From a virus: DNA of 64,000 bases. Position numbers and translations under genes: made by a program. The notes under the pieces are model-generated. The model was given only the letters and a program-made list of their open reading frames with translations, was not told the origin of the DNA and did not search any database. The stretch lies in the IMG/VR virus record IMGVR_UViG_3300021356_000797, positions 1-64,000 of that record. The stretch is one strand, 5' to 3'. Positions 39,207-48,002 of this stretch are shown here, piece by piece (the stretch's first letter is position 1; each line of letters starts with the position of its first letter).

Positions 39207-39725
39207 ATGGCTTGTAATACGTGTGGGGGAAATGGTTGTACATGTGGTCCAGTTAGGATTAACCCCGTATATCCAGAATGCCCAGGTGGAGAACCATGTG
39301 ATTCAACAATGGACTTTGCCTGTGTAAGATATAGAGGAGATGATCTAGCAGACTTTCCTTTAGCAAATGGTGATAGACTATCTAGATTTATGCAGATGCT
39401 AGTTCTTAGAGAACTAGATCCTACTGCATTTGCAGGTGTAGATTTTATTCGTGCACCTTACTGGATTGAGTCTATTGCTAAAACAGATACTACTATTGAT
39501 ATTGAGTGGGATGATACTCCTACTACTTTTGATTGGATTATTTCTTATTCTCTTGATAACAGTACTTGGACTGATATTACTGGTGTAGCAAACACTAAAA
39601 ATTCTTATCAGTTAATAAACCTAGCACCTGCTACCAAGTACTATATTAAAGTTGCTGCAGTAGGTAATGGCGGGGCTCCTGGTCCTTTCTACTCTCTTAC
39701 TATTGAGGTAACTACTAACGCATAA
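39207..39725 (+). CDS. Cys-rich N-terminus plus complete FN3 domain
   Basis: CVRYRGDDL paralogous to 36831; IDIEW...LAPATKYYIKVAAV. Confidence 0.75.
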   Translation: MACNTCGGNGCTCGPVRINPVYPECPGGEPCDSTMDFACVRYRGDDLADFPLANGDRLSRFMQMLVLRELDPTAFAGVDFIRAPYWIESIAKTDTTIDIEWDDTPTTFDWIISYSLDNSTWTDITGVANTKNSYQLINLAPATKYYIKVAAVGNGGAPGPFYSLTIEVTTNA

Positions 39726-39793
39726 AGTCACGGTTTTGTTGGTTTTGCGTGACTGACAGGGGAACCCTTCCATTTTGGAGGGGTTTCTTTTTT
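39726..39793 (+). terminator. tandem hairpins ending in an intrinsic terminator
   Basis: AGTCACG-loop-CGTGACT, then GGGAACCCTTCCA-ttt-TGGAGGGGTTTCT TTTTT. Confidence 0.75.
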
Positions 39794-39836
39794 GACAAAA
39801 ATTATATATATTTAACAAACTCTAAATCAATTAACT

Positions 39837-41036
39837 ATGAGTTCATTACTGGACCGTGTAAGACAATCCCTCAAATGGAAAAAAACAGCTCAGCTTTGTG
39901 CTGACAGAATTGGCATTAGTGTAGAAGACTATCTTGCCTTGAAATCCATAGTATCAGATGATGCTATCACTGACACAGGTGTACGCACTGGTGTTATGTC
40001 TGAGAATGTAAATCTTGAAGAAGGTTCTTCTAAGATTGAAGCTATTTCAAGTACAGAACCTAAGACTCCCGAAGATATTATTGAGATCCTAGGAATTGAT
40101 ACTAATGAATGGAAACTATCACAGTATTGGAATAAACAAAAGTCTGATCACTGGGTAGTATCTGCACTAGTTACAAAGCTGAAGCCTACAGAAGTAGATA
40201 ACTTAGCTGAAGCGGTGAAGAACTATAGACCTACAAGCTATTCAGTAGTACATTGTCCCCGTATAGATATTAATAAAAATGATAGCTACTGCGGGGTTTT
40301 TAGTGTTCAAGATGTACACTTTGGTAAGGAGAATAACAATGACGTCATAGATAGATTTAGAGAAGCTATTACAGAAGTTGCATACAAGGCTTCTAAGGCT
40401 TACAATATGGACAAGCTATACTATGTGGTAGGTGGTGATTTGTTAAACGCTGATACATTCTCTAAGACTACTACTAAGGGTACTCCCGTAGAGAATGATA
40501 AGGATCCTATTCAAGCTTATATTGAAGCCTTTGATGCAGTAGTATGGTCTATTCATCAGCTTAAAGAAGTATGTACAGAACTAGTTGTTGTATATATTCC
40601 AGGTAACCATGATAGATTATCTTCTTGGCATCTGGCTCATGCACTAGAAAAGTCTGTTACTATTGAAGGTGTAACCTTTGATACAGAATACTCAGAGCGT
40701 AAGGTGCATTTATTTGGAGATAACTTTTTAGCATTTGAACATGGTGATGTTAATACTTCTAACTCTGACAGAGTATATGCTGCAGAGTTCTCAGAAGAGT
40801 GGGGAGCTACTACTTATAGAACCTTATACACTGGTCACTATCATCAGAAGAAGACTAGTGTATTTATTACTGAAAATGAAATCAATGGTTTCTCTGTAAA
40901 GATTATGCCTAGTCTTTCTAACTCAGACTATTGGCATTATCACAACAAATTTGTAGGTAGTAAGAAGGCTGCAGTACTAGAAGTACATGAGCATATTAAT
41001 GGGAAGGTTGCTGAGTTTTGTCATATAGCACGATAA
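39837..41036 (+). CDS. calcineurin-like metallophosphoesterase with N-terminal HTH
   Basis: QDVHFG, GGDLLN, PGNHD, EHGD, TGHYH motifs. Confidence 0.88.
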   Translation: MSSLLDRVRQSLKWKKTAQLCADRIGISVEDYLALKSIVSDDAITDTGVRTGVMSENVNLEEGSSKIEAISSTEPKTPEDIIEILGIDTNEWKLSQYWNKQKSDHWVVSALVTKLKPTEVDNLAEAVKNYRPTSYSVVHCPRIDINKNDSYCGVFSVQDVHFGKENNNDVIDRFREAITEVAYKASKAYNMDKLYYVVGGDLLNADTFSKTTTKGTPVENDKDPIQAYIEAFDAVVWSIHQLKEVCTELVVVYIPGNHDRLSSWHLAHALEKSVTIEGVTFDTEYSERKVHLFGDNFLAFEHGDVNTSNSDRVYAAEFSEEWGATTYRTLYTGHYHQKKTSVFITENEINGFSVKIMPSLSNSDYWHYHNKFVGSKKAAVLEVHEHINGKVAEFCHIAR

Positions 41037-41083
41037 TCTCTTTGATTCTTGCTCTATTTTCAGTAAATTATAAGTAGGTATCT

Positions 41084-41677
41084 ATGAGTAACAAACCGTA
41101 TAAGGCACCTGATTTAAATGCCCCTAGATATAGGGAAAAAGTATTTAGTATATTAAACAGTAAACTGTTAGAAGAATTTAAAGAGAAGTATCCCCGCCAC
41201 AAAGATCTAGACATAAAACAATTTAAAGATATGATCAATACCTTTAATGAGAACGTCTGGAAAGAAGTAATAGAAAATAGAGACGGTGTAGAACTTCCTG
41301 ATGGTATTGGATTTTTGTTTATAGCAAGCACGCCAGCTTCAAAACATAAAAACAATATAGATTTCAAGCAGTCAGCTGAGCTGGGTGTTACTGTACATAA
41401 CAAGAACTGGGAGACAGATAACCGTCTAGCCAAGATTATGTATAGTAATTACCACGCCAAGTATAGGTTTGCCTTTAGAGAGATCTGGGGATTTCAAGCT
41501 GTAAGACAATTCAAGAGAACTGTTGCACAGACCTTTCCAGATAACTATAACAGGTATGTTCATCTCACAGATACTAAAAGAGTCTCAGACATCTTTAACA
41601 AGACTATTGACCGTAACAAGGCCAAGAGAACGTTTGAGAACTCTATAGATGAGTATAATGAGTTTGAACTAGATTAA
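41084..41677 (+). CDS. IHF/HU-like protein of the crAss-like tail module
   Basis: DGVELPDGIGFLFI; position just before the ring and muzzle genes. Confidence 0.6.
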   Translation: MSNKPYKAPDLNAPRYREKVFSILNSKLLEEFKEKYPRHKDLDIKQFKDMINTFNENVWKEVIENRDGVELPDGIGFLFIASTPASKHKNNIDFKQSAELGVTVHNKNWETDNRLAKIMYSNYHAKYRFAFREIWGFQAVRQFKRTVAQTFPDNYNRYVHLTDTKRVSDIFNKTIDRNKAKRTFENSIDEYNEFELD

Positions 41678-41678
41678 T

Positions 41679-42350
41679 ATGGCAACCATTGGTGAAGTTG
41701 TTTCAAGAGTAAGAAACCAATTTAAAAGCTCAAGACAAGATGCCTTCCTAACGGATAGATACATCTATAGTCTGATTATTAAATACACTACAGTTTATAT
41801 GCGTAGACAAGATTCTACCAATAAGCTTATGAGATTCAACAGTGTATTTAAAACCCTTCCTTTTGTAGAGCTCATTGAAGTAGATAAGGTTGAAGCACAG
41901 TGCTCAGGTATTAAGTCTGGGTGTACTATCAAACGTACTAAAGCTAAGCTTCCAAACTTTATGCAGGGTTACTGGGGACCTATTATTAGAACTGTGAGCT
42001 CTATTGATGGTGGTATTGAGCTACAACCTACCCAGCCTGGTACATATACTTCAATGACTAAGACAAGTAGTTTCAAGTATAACAGTACTAAATACTTTTG
42101 GTTTCTGAATGGTTACCTCTATCTACCTAATGTAGACTGGGATGCTATTAAGATTGAAGGAGTATTTGAAGATGATATTACTAAATGGAACTGTGACCCA
42201 GAGGATGATTGTCTTATTAGACAGGAACAAGAGTTTAATGTTCCTGACTTTTTGTTTGCAGAAATAGAAACCCAAGTTATGAATGCATTGCTAGGAGCTG
42301 CTAGAGTACCTAGTGATGGTAAGCATGATAATCAAAATATCTCTAGATAA
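41679..42350 (+). CDS. tail ring protein
   Basis: MATIGEVVSRVR..., YFWFLNGYLY, IEGVFED pattern; synteny. Confidence 0.65.
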   Translation: MATIGEVVSRVRNQFKSSRQDAFLTDRYIYSLIIKYTTVYMRRQDSTNKLMRFNSVFKTLPFVELIEVDKVEAQCSGIKSGCTIKRTKAKLPNFMQGYWGPIIRTVSSIDGGIELQPTQPGTYTSMTKTSSFKYNSTKYFWFLNGYLYLPNVDWDAIKIEGVFEDDITKWNCDPEDDCLIRQEQEFNVPDFLFAEIETQVMNALLGAARVPSDGKHDNQNISR

Positions 42351-43213
42351 TGGCAGATCTAATTAAATACAGAACGTTTGATCAACTCTTAGAAGATGTT
42401 AGCGTTGATTTCTCTGCGTATGCTTTAGAAGGTATGATAGAGCCTCAGCAGCTTATTAAGGTTGCTATGAAGGTAAACTTTGATTTGGGTTTACGTATTC
42501 AGAGAACTAAGCAGGTAATTCTAGAAGTAGAAAAAGGTAAAGTAAAACTACCTTCAGATTACTACTCTCTCAACTTTGCTTACATGACCGGCACATACAG
42601 AGTAGAAACTCAAATGCCATCAGGAACTGTTATTGAAGATACTATACTAGATGCTAGTAAAGTACAATTGGATGAGAACGGTTGTCCTGTAGATGGTAGT
42701 GTATGTGTAAATGATTGTGGAGACTATTACCAACTTATTCAAAAGAGTAAGACAGATGTTAAAATCTATGAGACTTTTGGTAAGATACGGGCAGTAGGTC
42801 AGGGAGTTATGGAAAGCTGCCCTAATGGACGGTGGACTACAGAAGAAAACATTATGGAGATTCGTGATGGATTTATCTATACCAATTTTACATCTGGTAA
42901 GATTTATCTAAACTATCAATCTCAAATGGAAAATATTCATGGTGAGCTTTTAGTAATGGATCATCCATTGGTTAATGAATACTATGAGTATGCTTTGAAG
43001 CAACGTATTCTAGAGAATATGATTTTTGCAGGTGAGCAAGTATCTCAACAACTTAATTTGATTGAGGTACGTTTACGTGCTGCAAGAAACAATGCTTTAT
43101 CATTTGTCAATACTCCAAACTATGCAGAGCTGCAGAAGATTTGGAAGATGAATAGAAAAGCACAGTATGACAAGTATGTCAACATGTTTAAGAGTACACC
43201 AACCATAAGGTAA
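42350..43213 (+). CDS. tail tubular (ring) protein, P22 gp4-like
   Basis: KVKLPSDY, GFIYTNFTSGKIYLNY; directly upstream of the muzzle gene. Confidence 0.7.
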   Translation: MADLIKYRTFDQLLEDVSVDFSAYALEGMIEPQQLIKVAMKVNFDLGLRIQRTKQVILEVEKGKVKLPSDYYSLNFAYMTGTYRVETQMPSGTVIEDTILDASKVQLDENGCPVDGSVCVNDCGDYYQLIQKSKTDVKIYETFGKIRAVGQGVMESCPNGRWTTEENIMEIRDGFIYTNFTSGKIYLNYQSQMENIHGELLVMDHPLVNEYYEYALKQRILENMIFAGEQVSQQLNLIEVRLRAARNNALSFVNTPNYAELQKIWKMNRKAQYDKYVNMFKSTPTIR

Positions 43214-43214
43214 G

Positions 43215-46200
43215 ATGGCAAAGAAGAAGACTACTTCACAAGCAGCTAATGCTGCTATGCAGATACATACAGACTCTTTTGTAAAAGGGATGGTACAAGA
43301 TGTCAATGAATCTTTTCAGACAGCTGGTACGTGGCCGCATGCAAGAAACGCAGTAAATAATTCTACAGAAGGAGATGTTGGTACATTAGAAAATGAAGCA
43401 TCTACTAAGCTCTGTGTTGAAGTCCCTTATGATGTAATTGGACAGATCCACCTATATGATGATAAGTGGGCAATCTTTACTACTGATGATATCAATAGTG
43501 AGATTGGTATGTTTGATGAAAGCCAGTGTTCTTATACTAAGATTGTCAATGATTCAGTACTAGCTTTTGATAGAAACCATTTAATTAAAGGTGCTGCTAA
43601 AGAAAACTATGATTGTACTTGGCAATTGTACTGGGATGATGGTAAGAACCCATCAAGAACTTTAAATATTGACGACATCCCTTACAAAGTTACTAAGACT
43701 GTAGTGGATGATTGTGTAGTAGAAACTCCTACTGATAAGTTAGATGAAGACCAGATCCGTTTAGCAAGACTAATGGACACTCCTTGTATTACTATAGAGC
43801 AGGGAGAAGTGGGTACACTACTTAATGGTACTTACCAAGTATATATTGCTTACTCTGTAAATGGTACAAGAGTTAGTGATTACATGGCAGCTTCTAATTT
43901 ACAATCTATATTCTTTCATGAGAATAGTGTAGGATCTATTGAAGTTAATATTGAGGGTTTAGATACAGAACGTTTTGATGAGTTTGAGCTTGCTGTTGTA
44001 ACCTATATTAATCAGCAGACAAGTGCTTCTACATTTGGTTATTATTCTACACAAACAAAGCGTATAACTATTGACAGTATAGATCAGCGTTTAGTAGCTA
44101 TTCCATTAAGCATGCTTCTTTTACGTAAGCCTGCTTATGAAAAGTCTGATGCTATGTACACTGTTACCAACTACTTGTTGAGAGTTGGTGTATCAGATAA
44201 GTTTGATTTTAACTACCAACCTTTAGCTAATAAGATTAAAGCTAACTGGGTTGCTGTAGAGTATGATGCAGACTATTACAGAGATGGTGGTAGCAATACT
44301 GGCTATATGCGTGATGAGCAGTATGCATTCTTTATTAGATGGATTTACAATACTGGAGAGAAGTCTAGCTCATATCACATTCCTGGTAGACAAGCTTTCT
44401 CAGGAGATAGACAGCTTTTAGCTCCAGATGGTACAGAGATTTGGGGAGATACCCTACAAGAGAAGTGGAGTGTATATAACACAGCTACAGTAACTAGCAT
44501 TCAAACTGAAAACTTACCAGACGGTGGTAAAGTAGTTAAAAGAGGTAAGATGGGTTACTGGGAGTCTAGTGAAAGATATCCTGATAATAAGCCCGTGATA
44601 TGGGAAGATCTTTGTGGTAAACCTATACGTCACCATAAGATGCCAGATGATTGTATTATTCCTAGACATAATGAGGGTGGTACAAAAATTAACGTATTAG
44701 GTGTAGAGTTTACTAATATCAAACCCCCAGTAGATAATGATGGTAATCTAATTCCTGGTATTGTAGGTTATGAGATTCTTAGAGGATCTAGAAAAGGTAA
44801 TAAGTCTATTATTGCTAAGGGTCTTCTTAACAATATGTTTGAGTACAGTATTCCAGGTAAAGATGGAATTACAGGAATGTATCCTAACTATCCATTTAAT
44901 GATCTTAGACCTGACCCATATCTGACAAAATACTTTCCTGAAGATGGTAGATTAAATCAAGTAAAACGTAATAAGAATAATGAATTTGCAATAGACACCT
45001 ATAGCAAACGTCATTTTACATTTCATTCTCCTGATACACAGTTTAAGCATCCGTTCTTATCAGGATCAGAACTACGTATATATGGAGATGCTGTAGGTTC
45101 TTCTGAGGGTCAGTTTATAGATCCTTACAAACATCCTGAGCACAAGATGTTAGGAGATAGTGTAATGCTTATTGCAGTTCTATTAGGTTTAGGAAATGTT
45201 ATTAGAGGTATGTCTGGAGAGACTACACGAAAAGTTACTTTTCCTAAAGTTGCAGGAGGAAACATTACAGGTGCTGCTGGAGCTGCTGCAGGGATAGCGG
45301 CAGCTATAACTGAAGGAGGTTTACAAGCAACTGGTGTAAACTTTTTAACTAAAATAACAAGTAGTGATGCAGCTTCTAAATTATTAAAATATGGAGCTAG
45401 TGTTGCTTTTGGAGGCGAATATGAAGAAACAACTACAGGTTCTTCATATAGTGAGTTACCTCCATTTTTAAAATTATTTTCAATTGTACCAGCCTTCTTA
45501 ACATTTACTCAGATAGGTACAGATCAAGCATTAGATCTTATTTATAATATGCTTGGTTATAAACAATATGCTTTGCAACACATTGCACACGGTAAGTATG
45601 ATAAGTTTGTATGTACTACATCTGGTAATAAAAGAAGAAAACTTGATAAAGGTATTTACCTAAAGAATCAAAACTATTCATTTGATACAGATAGAAGTAT
45701 TAATAACTTTATGCGTAGCAGAACTGTTGCGCTAGAGGTAGCTAAAAATATTGCAGATCCTATTACTCCAGATACTAGTAAGTATACATTGGGTAGTAGA
45801 CAGTTTTGGGATTTAGATCTTAAGGATGTAAAGGATGAGGTTTTTAATTCAACTATTTCGTCTAAGTATGTTGGAATTAAGATTCAGAATGAAAATCAAT
45901 ACGGTCAGTTAGATAGTATTGCTCAATCTTTAACATCATGTGCCCAGATTTTACCAAGTGTATATGGTGTAAATAGTGAGTTTAAAACTCCTGTTCTATT
46001 TGGAGGAGATATTTACATTACTAGATACACTGAGAAGAATACAATGTTCTTTTTTAATGATTGGTTGGCAGGTAAAGAATTTCAAGATGGTGAGGAATAT
46101 GATTACCGTCAACACATTAATGTACCGTATCCTAGATACTATGCTAACACTCAGAGATATAGATTTGATAATTTTGTAGAAGGGTTAAGCCAAAGTTTAT

Positions 46201-48002
46201 TTAGTCTTACAGGTATTAAAAATTTACTTACAGGATTTCAAAAAGAAGATGACGTACAAGATCAAATTGACACGTTACCTTCTGACTTTCATAACTTAGA
46301 TAGAAAGACCTCCCCTAATGGTTTATTTAGAGCTAAGGGTTGGTTCTATCTTTTTAACTCAGGTGTTAAAGATTTCTTTGTAGAATCAGAAATTAACTGT
46401 GGCTACAGAGATCATGATGATAAGCCTACTACGCGTCACTATGACGACAGAGAATACACAGACTTACAACGTATCTTCCGTGCAGATGAGATCACTGCGG
46501 GTAACCACTTTAAGTATGACTTCTCTCTATCAGCTGGATATTACTTTACTACAAATGTTACTATGGGTAATATTCAGACTAGAGATTATGATCCTGAAAT
46601 ATCAGAGACATGTCATACATACTACCCTAACAGATTGATATACTCTCTGCCACAAGAGCAAACTCTTAAAGTTGATAACTGGAGGACCTTCCTGGTAAAC
46701 AATTATCAAGATTTTAAGAGCCCCCTTACAGCAGTTAAACCTATTGGTGACGCTGGTGCATTAATCATGCTGCGTAGAGAATCTCCTATGTTCTTTGCTG
46801 GTAATGATACCATTCAATCTACAGATGGATTAGAGATTACTATTGGAGACGGAGGACTATTTGATTCACGTCAAAAGATTAGAAACGTAGTTAACACTGA
46901 TGCATCTTATGAGTATGGTAGCTGTCAAAACAGATTAGCTATTAGTGCTACTCCTGCTGGTATCTTCTATGTATCACAGAACCAAGGTAAAATCTTTGCG
47001 TATTCTAATACGCTTAAAGACTTAACTGGTGCTGGAATGAAGTGGTGGTTTGCTAAGTATCTACCATATCAGATTAAAGAAGACTTCCCTGAGTTTGATC
47101 TTGTAGATAACTCTGTAAATGGTGTAGCGGTTTCTACTATCTATGATAACAGAAATGCAATCTTATATATTACTAAAAAGGATTACAAGCTACGTTCTGA
47201 GTATAAGGGTAAAGTAGAATGGATTGAGAATAATATCTTCTCTGTAGGCAATGCAAGAGTAGAGCTTGGGGATAGTAGATTCTTTGAAGATGCTAGCTGG
47301 ACTATTAGCTATGACGTTAAGTCTGGTGCATGGATCTCATTCCATGACTGGCATCCTGATGTATTGCTACCAGGTAAGAATCTATTCATGAGTGTTAAGG
47401 ATAAGAAGATCTGGAAGCACAATAATAGATGTGATAGCTTCTGTAACTTCTACGGTAAAGACTATCCATTTGAAGTAGAACAGATTATCAACACTGGTCA
47501 AATGGTTTCTACTATTAGAAGCTTTGAGTACCAGTTAGAATGTTACCAATACAAGGAGAACTGTAAAGATGAGTTCCATATCCTAGATGCAAACTTTGAC
47601 AGAGCTGTAGTATATAACTCTGAGCAAGTATCAGGTATGCTTAATCTAAATATTTCTCCTAAGAATGACCCTCAAGGAATTTTAGGCTATCCTAAAATAA
47701 ATGTTGCAAGTATTGATATCTTGTATAGCAAAGAAGAAAATAAATACAGATTCAACCAGTTCTGGGATATTACTAAAGATAGAGGTGAGTTTAGTAATGT
47801 GACTCGTAATGTATGGGATACACAACCTAACGGTTACATTAGAACTCTTAACAACTTCAATCTAGACTACACTAAAGATGCACATGAGCATAAAAAGTTC
47901 CGTCACTATAATAACAGATTGTTCTTGAAAAAGAATGTATCAGGAAGAACTAAGATGAGACTGAGGTTAACCAACGCTAAGCTAAATATTTCCCATAGAT
48001 AA
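43215..48002 (+). CDS. tail muzzle / tail stabilization protein (P22 gp10-like beta-propellers)
   Basis: 1595 aa; GYMRDEQYAF, FGGDIYI, WTISYD..WISFHDW motifs of the crAss-like tail stabilization protein. Confidence 0.8.
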   Translation: MAKKKTTSQAANAAMQIHTDSFVKGMVQDVNESFQTAGTWPHARNAVNNSTEGDVGTLENEASTKLCVEVPYDVIGQIHLYDDKWAIFTTDDINSEIGMFDESQCSYTKIVNDSVLAFDRNHLIKGAAKENYDCTWQLYWDDGKNPSRTLNIDDIPYKVTKTVVDDCVVETPTDKLDEDQIRLARLMDTPCITIEQGEVGTLLNGTYQVYIAYSVNGTRVSDYMAASNLQSIFFHENSVGSIEVNIEGLDTERFDEFELAVVTYINQQTSASTFGYYSTQTKRITIDSIDQRLVAIPLSMLLLRKPAYEKSDAMYTVTNYLLRVGVSDKFDFNYQPLANKIKANWVAVEYDADYYRDGGSNTGYMRDEQYAFFIRWIYNTGEKSSSYHIPGRQAFSGDRQLLAPDGTEIWGDTLQEKWSVYNTATVTSIQTENLPDGGKVVKRGKMGYWESSERYPDNKPVIWEDLCGKPIRHHKMPDDCIIPRHNEGGTKINVLGVEFTNIKPPVDNDGNLIPGIVGYEILRGSRKGNKSIIAKGLLNNMFEYSIPGKDGITGMYPNYPFNDLRPDPYLTKYFPEDGRLNQVKRNKNNEFAIDTYSKRHFTFHSPDTQFKHPFLSGSELRIYGDAVGSSEGQFIDPYKHPEHKMLGDSVMLIAVLLGLGNVIRGMSGETTRKVTFPKVAGGNITGAAGAAAGIAAAITEGGLQATGVNFLTKITSSDAASKLLKYGASVAFGGEYEETTTGSSYSELPPFLKLFSIVPAFLTFTQIGTDQALDLIYNMLGYKQYALQHIAHGKYDKFVCTTSGNKRRKLDKGIYLKNQNYSFDTDRSINNFMRSRTVALEVAKNIADPITPDTSKYTLGSRQFWDLDLKDVKDEVFNSTISSKYVGIKIQNENQYGQLDSIAQSLTSCAQILPSVYGVNSEFKTPVLFGGDIYITRYTEKNTMFFFNDWLAGKEFQDGEEYDYRQHINVPYPRYYANTQRYRFDNFVEGLSQSLFSLTGIKNLLTGFQKEDDVQDQIDTLPSDFHNLDRKTSPNGLFRAKGWFYLFNSGVKDFFVESEINCGYRDHDDKPTTRHYDDREYTDLQRIFRADEITAGNHFKYDFSLSAGYYFTTNVTMGNIQTRDYDPEISETCHTYYPNRLIYSLPQEQTLKVDNWRTFLVNNYQDFKSPLTAVKPIGDAGALIMLRRESPMFFAGNDTIQSTDGLEITIGDGGLFDSRQKIRNVVNTDASYEYGSCQNRLAISATPAGIFYVSQNQGKIFAYSNTLKDLTGAGMKWWFAKYLPYQIKEDFPEFDLVDNSVNGVAVSTIYDNRNAILYITKKDYKLRSEYKGKVEWIENNIFSVGNARVELGDSRFFEDASWTISYDVKSGAWISFHDWHPDVLLPGKNLFMSVKDKKIWKHNNRCDSFCNFYGKDYPFEVEQIINTGQMVSTIRSFEYQLECYQYKENCKDEFHILDANFDRAVVYNSEQVSGMLNLNISPKNDPQGILGYPKINVASIDILYSKEENKYRFNQFWDITKDRGEFSNVTRNVWDTQPNGYIRTLNNFNLDYTKDAHEHKKFRHYNNRLFLKKNVSGRTKMRLRLTNAKLNISHR

